A stretch of DNA of 64,000 nucleotides from Candidatus Coprovivens sp. (lineage in GTDB: Bacteria > Bacillota_I > Bacilli_A > RF39 > UBA660), in contig JBJFGS010000011.1 of NCBI GenBank assembly GCA_051892935.1, positions 19,311-83,310 on the forward strand. The letters run 5' to 3'. Below are positions 50,305 to 60,000 of this stretch, piece after piece. A program made the translations under genes and the position numbers. How positions within the stretch are numbered: position 1 is the first letter of the stretch; every line of letters begins with the position of its first letter. A model generated the notes under the pieces. The model had not been told where the DNA came from. It did not search any database and saw only the letters and a list, made by a program, of their open reading frames with translations.

Positions 50305-50994
50305 TTATATGCCAAATTCTTTGCATACAACTTCATAAATATCCTCTTGAATATCTTCAATATCTCTCAACTTAGATTTCTTATCTATACAATCTATTTT
50401 TTTATAGTTATGTAATTCACTCAACTCTAAATAAGCTCTTTCTGAATTTTTTAAATATATCGGGCTAGACTCAGCTTGATCAGGGGCTTCTACTCTACCT
50501 CTTTTTAATTCAACAGTTTTATCATAAGGCATATATAAAAAAATAGTTAAATCTGGTCTAGGTAATTCTAAAAAACCATATTCCAATTCTTCTAAACTTT
50601 TATAAAGTTTTAATCTTTCTTCTTTATCAAAAATCTTACCACCTTGACAAGCCATATTACTTTCTACATACCTATCTAATACAACGTCAACACCATCATC
50701 TAATAATTTTTGAATTTCCTTTATATTATATCTACGATCTGCAGCATAATATAATACAGCTACTTTAGGATCAACATTAGCAGCTCCTTCTGGAAATATC
50801 CCTTCTGAAATATAAGATTTACCTAATAGTGATCCCCCAACAATTTTTCCGGTTGGCGAATCATACATTGGAAAACTTAATCTTTCTATTTTTCTTCCTT
50901 CTTTACGTAATCTTTGAACTAATAGACTAGTTTGTGTTTCTTTACCAGAACAATCAGTACCTTCAATAACAATAATTTTGCCTTTCTTCTTCAT
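50305..50994 (-). CDS. tmk: Thymidylate kinase
   Basis: IVIEGTDCSGKETQ, YAADR, LDRY, PRPD. Confidence 0.9.
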   Translation of the reverse strand: MKKKGKIIVIEGTDCSGKETQTSLLVQRLRKEGRKIERLSFPMYDSPTGKIVGGSLLGKSYISEGIFPEGAANVDPKVAVLYYAADRRYNIKEIQKLLDDGVDVVLDRYVESNMACQGGKIFDKEERLKLYKSLEELEYGFLELPRPDLTIFLYMPYDKTVELKRGRVEAPDQAESSPIYLKNSERAYLELSELHNYKKIDCIDKKSKLRDIEDIQEDIYEVVCKEFGI

Positions 50995-51100
50995 ATTATC
51001 TACCTACCTTTTATATATTCATAATATCATATAATATCTAAATTTAAAAGTGTAAAAAATACACAATACAACAATAAAAAAAGTAATAACAAGTATTACT

Positions 51101-52456
51101 TTAATTTAACCAATTCATCTTTTTAATATTACATAGTATAAAGAAAACCAAAACACACAATACCGTAACTGAAACACCGATTAAAGCATCAATAGTTTGT
51201 GGATTATCAATTTCAAAAATAGCTTCAATAGTAACATCAGCAGATGGCATTGTAAATGTATCATCAGTAAAAACTAATACATTTCCATAAGCATCAGTTA
51301 CAATAACCTTTTTTAAAGTATATCCTTCCTCTGGAGTTATTTTAAAAGTAACATTCTTATATGGTGCAGATGTTTCAATAACATCTATCGTACCTTTGCC
51401 ATCAATAACAGTTTTAATATCATATATTTTTGAAAAATACATTAATCTTGTAGCAAAATCATCACCTATTTTACTAGAAGCAATCATAAATCCTTCATCG
51501 AGTTCAATAAAGAATTCAGGTAAATAATCTTCACTACTTGATACTTCAGGGTAATAATTAGCTAAATCATCTTCAGTTATTTTATTTCCATCATAATCAA
51601 AGACTCCAATTGATTCATTAGATGTATCCCATTCATTTTGAGAAATCAAAATAACTTCCTTAGCTTCAAAAGGTATTATACTTTTAACAAATATTCCATC
51701 TAGTTCAGTCTTCCAAATTTGAATTCCATCTTTTTCATAATATATATAAGATATTTCATCATCCCAATCAACATTAGCTACCAAAAAGCCATCTTTAAAA
51801 GGTATTGAATCAGTTACTTCATAATTCTCTGGAGTTCCATCAAAGATATATTTCTGATAGAAGACATGCAAATTATAATAATCATCTACAGCCGTTGTTA
51901 TTTCATCATCCCAATTTATCTGATGTACCTCTTTATAACTAGATAAATCTTTTTCAACACTTATTATAGAATAATAAACAGAATAATAATAAAAATCATA
52001 TATATAATACATATCATCTGTAACACTTACATAGAAAGCATCATCTTCTTCAATATGCACAACATTTTTTACAGGAATTTCCAAAGTCTTAATAACACTA
52101 CCCTTAGAATCCAATTCTATAACAACATATCCATTTATTACTTCATTAATACCAAAAGCATAATACTTACCATTATCATCAATAATCTTTACTAACTTAG
52201 TATTTTCATACGTAACCATATTATTGTAACTTCCATCTTTATTAAAAGAAATAATAGCATAATTAACAGGGTTATTACCAGCAAATCCCACTGCAATAAA
52301 TCCATCACTGGTATCTACGGCATCAATAATTCCTGAAATATCATAATCATCAACCCAATCATGTTCCCAAATAAAATCATAATAATCATTTTTGGCTGAT
52401 ACCAAACTAACAAATAAAGAAAATAAAATAATAATAAAAGCAAAACATCTCTTCAT
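51101..52456 (-). CDS. Surface protein with C-terminal InlB-B-like repeat domain and NPQT anchor (paralog of 48682..50247)
   Basis: Signal peptide ending VSA; FTMPSADVTIEAIF; NPQT, TM, KK. Confidence 0.75.
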   Translation of the reverse strand: MKRCFAFIIILFSLFVSLVSAKNDYYDFIWEHDWVDDYDISGIIDAVDTSDGFIAVGFAGNNPVNYAIISFNKDGSYNNMVTYENTKLVKIIDDNGKYYAFGINEVINGYVVIELDSKGSVIKTLEIPVKNVVHIEEDDAFYVSVTDDMYYIYDFYYYSVYYSIISVEKDLSSYKEVHQINWDDEITTAVDDYYNLHVFYQKYIFDGTPENYEVTDSIPFKDGFLVANVDWDDEISYIYYEKDGIQIWKTELDGIFVKSIIPFEAKEVILISQNEWDTSNESIGVFDYDGNKITEDDLANYYPEVSSSEDYLPEFFIELDEGFMIASSKIGDDFATRLMYFSKIYDIKTVIDGKGTIDVIETSAPYKNVTFKITPEEGYTLKKVIVTDAYGNVLVFTDDTFTMPSADVTIEAIFEIDNPQTIDALIGVSVTVLCVLVFFILCNIKKMNWLN

Positions 52457-52519
52457 AACAACACCTCTCTATTATTTTTAGAATAGCATTAATTACTAAT
52501 AAATTCAATAAAAAAGATA

Positions 52520-52819
52520 CTAATCACTTAGTATCTTTCCTATCTCATTTTTTATTTCAGTTACATCTTCTAATTCAATAATTTCACGTAGCCTAGAGTT
52601 TTTTTGATATATCTTTAATTTTTCTTCATAATATTTCAATTTTTCTAATACATTCTTAACAGTTTTTTGTACAGCTGCTCTACTAATATTATTTTCTAAA
52701 GCTATTTCACTTAAGGAAAGATCTTCTTGATAATAATCTCTAAATGTTTCTCTTTCCTTTTTTGTAAGCAAATTACCATATATATCGAAAAGACTATTAT
52801 AATAAACATATTCTTCCAT
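52520..52819 (-). CDS. ylxM: YlxM family SRP-associated HTH protein
   Basis: LFDIYGNLLT..YYQEDLSLSEIA..ISRAAV; follows ftsY. Confidence 0.92.
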   Translation of the reverse strand: MEEYVYYNSLFDIYGNLLTKKERETFRDYYQEDLSLSEIALENNISRAAVQKTVKNVLEKLKYYEEKLKIYQKNSRLREIIELEDVTEIKNEIGKILSD

Positions 52820-54039
52820 TACATCATATCCTTAAATAAACCATAAATATAATTTTCTATATCAAAAGTTTTCAAATCATTCATTTTTTCGCCTAAACCA
52901 ATAAATTTAACTGGGATTTTTACTTCTTCCTTAATAGCAAGAACAATTCCACCTTTAGCAGTACCATCTAATTTTGTAAGAACAATCCCTGTAATATTAG
53001 TTATCTCCTTAAATGATTTAGCTTGACTAATACCATTTTGTCCCGTTGTAGCATCTATTACTAATAATGTTTCATGAGGTGCATTAGGTATATGTCTACC
53101 TATTACTTTGTTAACTTTTTCTAATTCCTTCATTAAATTAACTTTATTTTGTAGTCTTCCAGCCGTATCAATTAAAACAATATCAACATTTTCTTCTTTT
53201 GCTTTAACAAGTCCATCAAATATTACTCCAGCTGGATCAGTATTTTCTTTACCATAGAATAAAGAATCAGTTTTAACAGCCCATTCTTCAAGTTGTTTAA
53301 CCGCTCCAGCCCTAAAAGTATCTCCAGCAATCATCATTACACTTTTGCCTTCATTTTTATATTTATAAGCCAACTTGGCAATAGTAGTAGTCTTCCCAAC
53401 ACCATTAACACCAACAACTAATATTACAGTTGGGCCATCTGTAGCCATATTAATCTTATCAGACAAAGATTCATTATCAACATATATAATAAATAACTCA
53501 TCAACAATAACTTCATTTAAATACTGAGTATCTGTAATTTTTTCTTTTTTAACACGATCTCTTAAACGATCAATAAATGTCATTACAGTATTTACGCCAA
53601 CATCAGCATTAATAAGAATTTCTTCTAATTCCTCAAAATATTCTTCATCAACTTTAGTATATTTAACCCCCAACATAGATAATTTAGAAACAAATTCTTT
53701 TCTAGTTTTTTCTAATCCTTTATCATATGTCTCGATATCTTGAGCTGCTTTAACTTTTTGCTGTTTGTTAATAAATTCTTTCCAATCATCATCTTCACTA
53801 TCATCACTATCTAAAGAAGTAGATTCCTCATCACTAGCAATTTCCACATCATCAATATCAGAAACTACATCAATATTTTTTTCTTCTAATTCATCTTCAA
53901 TTTCATTCATCTTTTCAATTTCTAAAACTTGTTCATCAGTTATTTCAGATATTTCATTAACATTATATTCTTCTTTTATTTCTTCTTTAATTTTTTCTTT
54001 TTTATTAATCAAATTTTTTAATTTATCAAATAATCCCAT
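52819..54039 (-). CDS. ftsY: SRP receptor FtsY with acidic N-terminus
   Basis: GVNGVGKTTTIAKLA, DTFRAGA, DTAGRLQ, TKLDGTAKGG. Confidence 0.98.
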   Translation of the reverse strand: MGLFDKLKNLINKKEKIKEEIKEEYNVNEISEITDEQVLEIEKMNEIEDELEEKNIDVVSDIDDVEIASDEESTSLDSDDSEDDDWKEFINKQQKVKAAQDIETYDKGLEKTRKEFVSKLSMLGVKYTKVDEEYFEELEEILINADVGVNTVMTFIDRLRDRVKKEKITDTQYLNEVIVDELFIIYVDNESLSDKINMATDGPTVILVVGVNGVGKTTTIAKLAYKYKNEGKSVMMIAGDTFRAGAVKQLEEWAVKTDSLFYGKENTDPAGVIFDGLVKAKEENVDIVLIDTAGRLQNKVNLMKELEKVNKVIGRHIPNAPHETLLVIDATTGQNGISQAKSFKEITNITGIVLTKLDGTAKGGIVLAIKEEVKIPVKFIGLGEKMNDLKTFDIENYIYGLFKDMM

Positions 54040-54207
54040 ATTAATCACCAAACATATTATATCTTATATCAAACTATTAAGCAAAACAATTTACATTAGA
54101 ATTTACTATAACAAACTAGACAATTGTAATTATTTGATATATAATTACTTATAGCGAAGAACTATTACTTTTATTTTTTATTGTATATTGAAAGGAAAGA
54201 TTTTTTT

Positions 54208-55890
54208 ATGAATAATAAAGACAGCTATACATCTGTCATTGCTTTAGGTGGCTTAGGAGAAGTCGGTAAAAACATGTACGTTTTTACACATAAAGATGAA
54301 ATTTTCATAATTGATGCCGGCGTTATTTTTCCAGAAAGTGACTTACTAGGTGTCGATTATGTAATACAAGATGTAACATACTTAAAACAAAATGAAAATA
54401 AAATTAAAGGTTTATTAATTACTCATGGTCATGAAGATCACATTGGTGGTATCTCATTCCTATTACAAAGTGTTAACATTCCCGTAATATATGGAGCACA
54501 AACCTCAATTGATTTGATAAAAAACAAACTAGAAGACCGAAATATAGGATATAATAATTTAGAAATAATAAATTCTGATACAAGAATAAAAACAAAATAT
54601 TTTGATATTGAATTTATAGCAACTACTCACTCTATCCCAGATAGCTTTGGTATAGTTCTTCACACTCCAAATGGTACAATAGTATCAACAGGAGACTTTA
54701 AATTTGATTTAACTCCTATCGGACCTATGGCCGATCTACATAAGATGGCTAAAATAGGTGCCGAAGGAGTAAAACTATTATTGAGTGATAGTACTAATGC
54801 ATTATCTCCAGGTTTTTCTAAATCTGAAAATACAGTAGATGAGGCATTATCTGATATTGTAAACGGATATAATGGTCGTATTATAATTGCAACTTTTGCT
54901 TCAAATATATATCGTGTTAAACACATAGTTGAAACATGTCGTAAAAATAATCGAAAAATAATCGTCTTTGGACGTAGTATGGAAACAACAACAAACCTTG
55001 CACTACAAACAGGACTAATAACAGATAAAACTGTTTTTATCGATAGTAATCAAGCCAAAAGTTTAAAGAAAAACGAAATATGTATCTTATGTACCGGTTC
55101 ACAAGGTGAACCTTTAGCAGCACTATCCAGAATAGCTAATGGAACACATAAACAAATTTCTCTAATGCCTGATGACCTAGTAGTCTTTTCATCGAATCCA
55201 ATACCAGGAAACGCCGCTGGAATAAATAGAATTATTAATAAACTTTATCTAAAAGGCGTAAAAGTAATCACAAATTCAGAATTTAGTGACATACACACAT
55301 CAGGACATGCTAAACAAGATGAACTAAAATTAATGATAAGATTAATAAAACCTGAATATTTTATGCCAATGCATGGCGAATATCGTATGTTAAAAGAACA
55401 TGCCGAACTAGCAGTTGATTGTGATGTAAAAAGAGAAAATATATTTATAATGCAAAATGGTGATTCACTAATCTTAGATAATACAGGAGTTCATCGCGGT
55501 CCAGAAGTCCAAGCTGGAGATGTTTACGTTGATGGTTCTCGTATTGGTGAAGTCGGATCAGTTGTCATAAAAGATCGTAAACTAATGTCCCGAGATGGAA
55601 TATTAATAACAATCCTTAATATAAATCCATTAACAAGAAAATTATTAATAAAACCAAACATAACAACTAGAGGATTCGTTTTAGTAAACGAAAACGCCGA
55701 ATTAATACAACAAATTGAAAATAAAACAACTGAAATAGTAACTAAATTCTTAAGTGAAAATCCCTATAGCTATACTGATTTAAAAAACCAAATTATACTA
55801 GAATTACATCCATTTATCAACAACCTAACAGGCAGAAGACCAATAGTACTACCAGTCATAATGGAAGTAAGAGAAAAATCAGAAAACTAA
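54208..55890 (+). CDS. rnj: Ribonuclease J
   Basis: LGGLGEVGKN, THGHEDHIGG, TGSQGEP, HTSGHA, PMHGE. Confidence 0.97.
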   Translation: MNNKDSYTSVIALGGLGEVGKNMYVFTHKDEIFIIDAGVIFPESDLLGVDYVIQDVTYLKQNENKIKGLLITHGHEDHIGGISFLLQSVNIPVIYGAQTSIDLIKNKLEDRNIGYNNLEIINSDTRIKTKYFDIEFIATTHSIPDSFGIVLHTPNGTIVSTGDFKFDLTPIGPMADLHKMAKIGAEGVKLLLSDSTNALSPGFSKSENTVDEALSDIVNGYNGRIIIATFASNIYRVKHIVETCRKNNRKIIVFGRSMETTTNLALQTGLITDKTVFIDSNQAKSLKKNEICILCTGSQGEPLAALSRIANGTHKQISLMPDDLVVFSSNPIPGNAAGINRIINKLYLKGVKVITNSEFSDIHTSGHAKQDELKLMIRLIKPEYFMPMHGEYRMLKEHAELAVDCDVKRENIFIMQNGDSLILDNTGVHRGPEVQAGDVYVDGSRIGEVGSVVIKDRKLMSRDGILITILNINPLTRKLLIKPNITTRGFVLVNENAELIQQIENKTTEIVTKFLSENPYSYTDLKNQIILELHPFINNLTGRRPIVLPVIMEVREKSEN

Positions 55891-55966
55891 AAGCAAATTA
55901 TTTTTGCTTTTTTTTATTTAATTAAAAATAATTATTATAATGTGATAAAATAATATTGGTGATAAT

Positions 55967-57007
55967 ATGAAAAAGAAAAAAAGAATGAAAAAAGAAATAA
56001 AAATTATATTATACTTAATTATTGCTATAACTATAAGTTATATTAGTATAACTATAATTAAAAAATTAGATAATCAAGAAATGGTAATACCTCTACCGAA
56101 CAAAAATATTGATAACAAAAAAGAAGAAAAAGAAGATGAAACAACTATCAAACTAAAAGAACTAAACTATACAATAGAAGGAATAAACGTAATAAAACAA
56201 TACGTATCGCAAGAAAATATAGAATATTTAATAAATAATAAAATAAATCATGAAATAGTTGAAAACATTGTAAATGAAACGTACTATATAGATGATTACC
56301 TAAAAAAATACATAAACTACTATAATGAAAATAACAACAAAACATATTCAGAAATAATAACAATTATAAATACACACATAGATAATGAGTTTTATACAAA
56401 TACAATGAAAACAGATACATCACTAGGGAAATTCGTTATTTTAAATAAATACTACTATGCTGATTCAACATATCCAAGTGAAAAATTAATATCAGTACCT
56501 GGAAAATATCATGTAAATGGAACAAGTGTAAAACTAACACAAGAATGCTATGATGCTTTTTTTAAAATGTATAACGATGCCTACGAAGCTGGATATGGAT
56601 TTAAACTAAAATCAGCATATCGAAGCTATGATACCCAAATAACAACATATAATTATTGGGTATCAAAAGAAAACGGAAATAAAGCAAAAGCAGATACATA
56701 TTCTGCAAGAGCCGGATATTCTGAACATCAAACAGGATATGCTTTCGACATAAGAGATTATAACTACGAATATGAAGACTACGAAAAATCAAAATCATTT
56801 CAATGGGTATCACAAAATGCTCATAAATATGGATTTATAATTAGATTTCCTAAAAACAAAGAATACATTACAGGATATCAATATGAATCTTGGCATTATC
56901 GTTATTGTGGAATAGAATGTGCAACGTACATTTATGAAAATAATATAACATTCGAAGAATATTACGAATACTTTATAAAATACAACAATCCCAAAAATCT
57001 ATCATAA
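55967..57007 (+). CDS. M15B (VanY-like) peptidoglycan carboxypeptidase, membrane anchored
   Basis: SAYRSY, SARAGYSEHQTGYAFD, YESWHYRY. Confidence 0.92.
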   Translation: MKKKKRMKKEIKIILYLIIAITISYISITIIKKLDNQEMVIPLPNKNIDNKKEEKEDETTIKLKELNYTIEGINVIKQYVSQENIEYLINNKINHEIVENIVNETYYIDDYLKKYINYYNENNNKTYSEIITIINTHIDNEFYTNTMKTDTSLGKFVILNKYYYADSTYPSEKLISVPGKYHVNGTSVKLTQECYDAFFKMYNDAYEAGYGFKLKSAYRSYDTQITTYNYWVSKENGNKAKADTYSARAGYSEHQTGYAFDIRDYNYEYEDYEKSKSFQWVSQNAHKYGFIIRFPKNKEYITGYQYESWHYRYCGIECATYIYENNITFEEYYEYFIKYNNPKNLS

Positions 57008-57075
57008 AAAGAAATCAAAAAGACATTAGAAATAATCTAATGTCTCTTTTTATTGTGAATTATCTAACATTAACA

Positions 57076-60000
57076 TCACATACTTAACCTTTTTTTTCTA
57101 ACATTTCTCTCTATTAAGAATAACACACTTACTAACACAAACATTACAACAATTAATCCGAATTTACCAATACTTTCAGTAGTATTAGGATTTCCCTTAT
57201 TAATATCTTCATCATCAGTAACAATCGGATCAACAGAATAAGTATTTTCAAAGTGATCCATGCCATTAGCATACTCATAAACAGAACTTTCCAAAGTCAT
57301 TGTACTATCACCATTATCTACAAATGTAACAGTTAAAATACACTTACTCAAATCATAATAAATATGATTTGAATCTCCTTTCACTTGAGAAATCTCATAA
57401 ACATAAGTACCAGGTCTTGTATATTCAATAGTGGTAAAATTAAGTTCACCATCTAAAGTATTAGTAATATATTCAAAATATCCATTATTAAGATTAGAAG
57501 AAACATCTTTTAATACAAACATAAATTCTTCATCTTCTAAATCCTTTTCTAATAAAGTAATTAAACTTCTTGGCGTAAATGAACCACTTGTAATATAATT
57601 ATTTTTAAAATCAACTTGAATAGTAGAATCTAGAACCTTACCACTATGCATAATTGTTTTATTATCAGTATCAACTACATAAGACATATTATCTAAAGTA
57701 GTTGTATAATAATCTACTAAATCTTGAACTATACTATAATTTGTTCCATTAGGCAAATCAAACACTGTAATTCTCTGTTCACTATTTAATTCGAACTCAT
57801 AATATCCATTACCACTACTATCTACAACAAAATCATCTATTTTATTTCCCTCAGTATCTTTAACAACATAAGTACCAACAACACTATCAGTAACACTTAA
57901 CTTATATTTAAAAATCTTACTAGTATCAACATAATCACTAGTGTTAACATTATTAATAATAAGTCCATTAGGTACATACTCATTATTAAATATAATAGAA
58001 CTAACTTCTTCATTCAACTTATTATAATACTTAATAGTACTACTCAAATGACCTTTACCATCATTTAAAAGTGTTACTACAACTTTAAAAGTATTAGTAT
58101 CATAACCAACCTTATTAACATTAGTATTTACTTGTGAAACTTCATAAATATAATTTCCATCAACATCATGATAATCTATTGTATCAAAATTAACTATTCC
58201 GAAACTATCACAATCATTAGTTACACTTTTACCTTGTGAATCAGTAATCTTTAAACTAAACATTTTATCGTATATCTCTTTATCATAAGTAACTTTAGCA
58301 GTTATATCTACTGAAGTAGAAACAGAATAACTATTCTTAAAAGAATAAGAAATGTTTTTTTCTTCATTAGTAATACCAGTAACAATAGCTTCTGTACTAT
58401 TAATTAAAGCATCATCACTAGTTGTAACATAACCTTCTTCAATTTTTTGCTTAATAGTATATGATATACCATTTGGTAACAATTTAAACGTAACACTCTC
58501 ATCTGCTTTAAGCTTACAATCAAAACTTCCTTTACCAGAAGAATCTAATGATAAAGTACCAACTTTTGTACCATTACCATTTACTATATCATAATTACCA
58601 ATATGAGAAGAATCAGAAGAAAAATCAAAACTATATGTAAACTCTTTCCCTTTATCAGCTAAAGCACCACTAACCTCATTAGTAACCTTTATATTAGAAA
58701 CAATTTGATACAATGTACTAATTATATTAGTATCATCATCATATAACATTAAATCAGTATCAATCGGATTAACAACACTTATATGAGCTTTACTCTTATA
58801 AATAGTTCCTAAAGATATATCATTAGCAACAATAACATTATAATCTAAATTTTTTATAGAATTAGCACTTAATACAGAAATACTCCAAGAAATAGTATTA
58901 TTAGCCTTATCATAAACACCACCATTAGTAATAGAACTCTCTACAACAGTTAAACCAACAGGAATATTATCAACAACTATAACATTTTTAGCATCTATAG
59001 TAGAAATATTATTAACAACAACTCTATAAGTATAAGCCTCACCTTTTTCAATAATTACAGTAGCTTCATCAGTAAATCCATTTGTATCATTTGTATCAAC
59101 ATATTTATTATACTCCAACTCTGGAACAGCTAGTTTATTATACAATTTTATTTCATCACTAGTATAATCCCTTCCACCAAGAGTTTTCAATTTTACTGAT
59201 GCATTAAATGAAGTAATAGTACTTAAAGTAGTAAAATCAACATCAACAGGAATCGAAATATTTTTAATTTCTTCTGCTAATAATTTATTTAAAGAATATG
59301 TTAACACTTTTGTCGTACTATCATACGAATATAAACCAAATATACCATTATTATTATCAGATACCTCAGTAATATTATCTGTATTTATAGATAAACCATC
59401 AGGTAATAACAACTCAAAAGTAATATCTTCCAAATCATTATAATCACTAGTATTCTTTAATGTTACATCATAACTAAATGAATCTTTAACTATCGCTGGA
59501 TTAGAACTAGTACCAACTCCAACAGAAGTAGTAGCATCAAGACTAATACTAGCCTTTTCTAATTTTATAGAAGTTATAGTACTAGTCATACTTTTTACTA
59601 AACTATCACCTAAATAATTATAATAAATAGAAGAACTATTATAAGCACTTTTATTACTATTAACTCTAAAAGAATTAGGAGCTATCATATTTAATTCAAC
59701 CATAGGTGTTACTTTATCAGAACCTTTAAATACATAATTACCACAACTAACAGCAACAGCAACTATCTTAGAAACATCACTAGGCATAACATTCGACCAA
59801 CTATTTACATCACTTAAATCAATATTATCCAAATCAACATCAATATTAGTTGAATAATAAATCTTTGGATTAACTCCAAGATTAGTCAAATAACTAATAT
59901 CAACACTATCCAAATAACCTTTAAAATATTCATTATCACTATAACTACTTTCTAATTTATCAACAAAAATCAAATTAGTAATCTCTTCATAATCAGAAGA

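Noticed and set aside
55967-57007. Vancomycin resistance (vanY) locus
   Set aside because: No van ligase, dehydrogenase or two-component genes; consistent with a housekeeping M15B carboxypeptidase.
6719-57050. Intergenic inverted repeats as integron attC sites or MITEs
   Set aside because: They are short, differ in sequence, have A/T tails and sit at gene ends, which fits ordinary intrinsic terminators.
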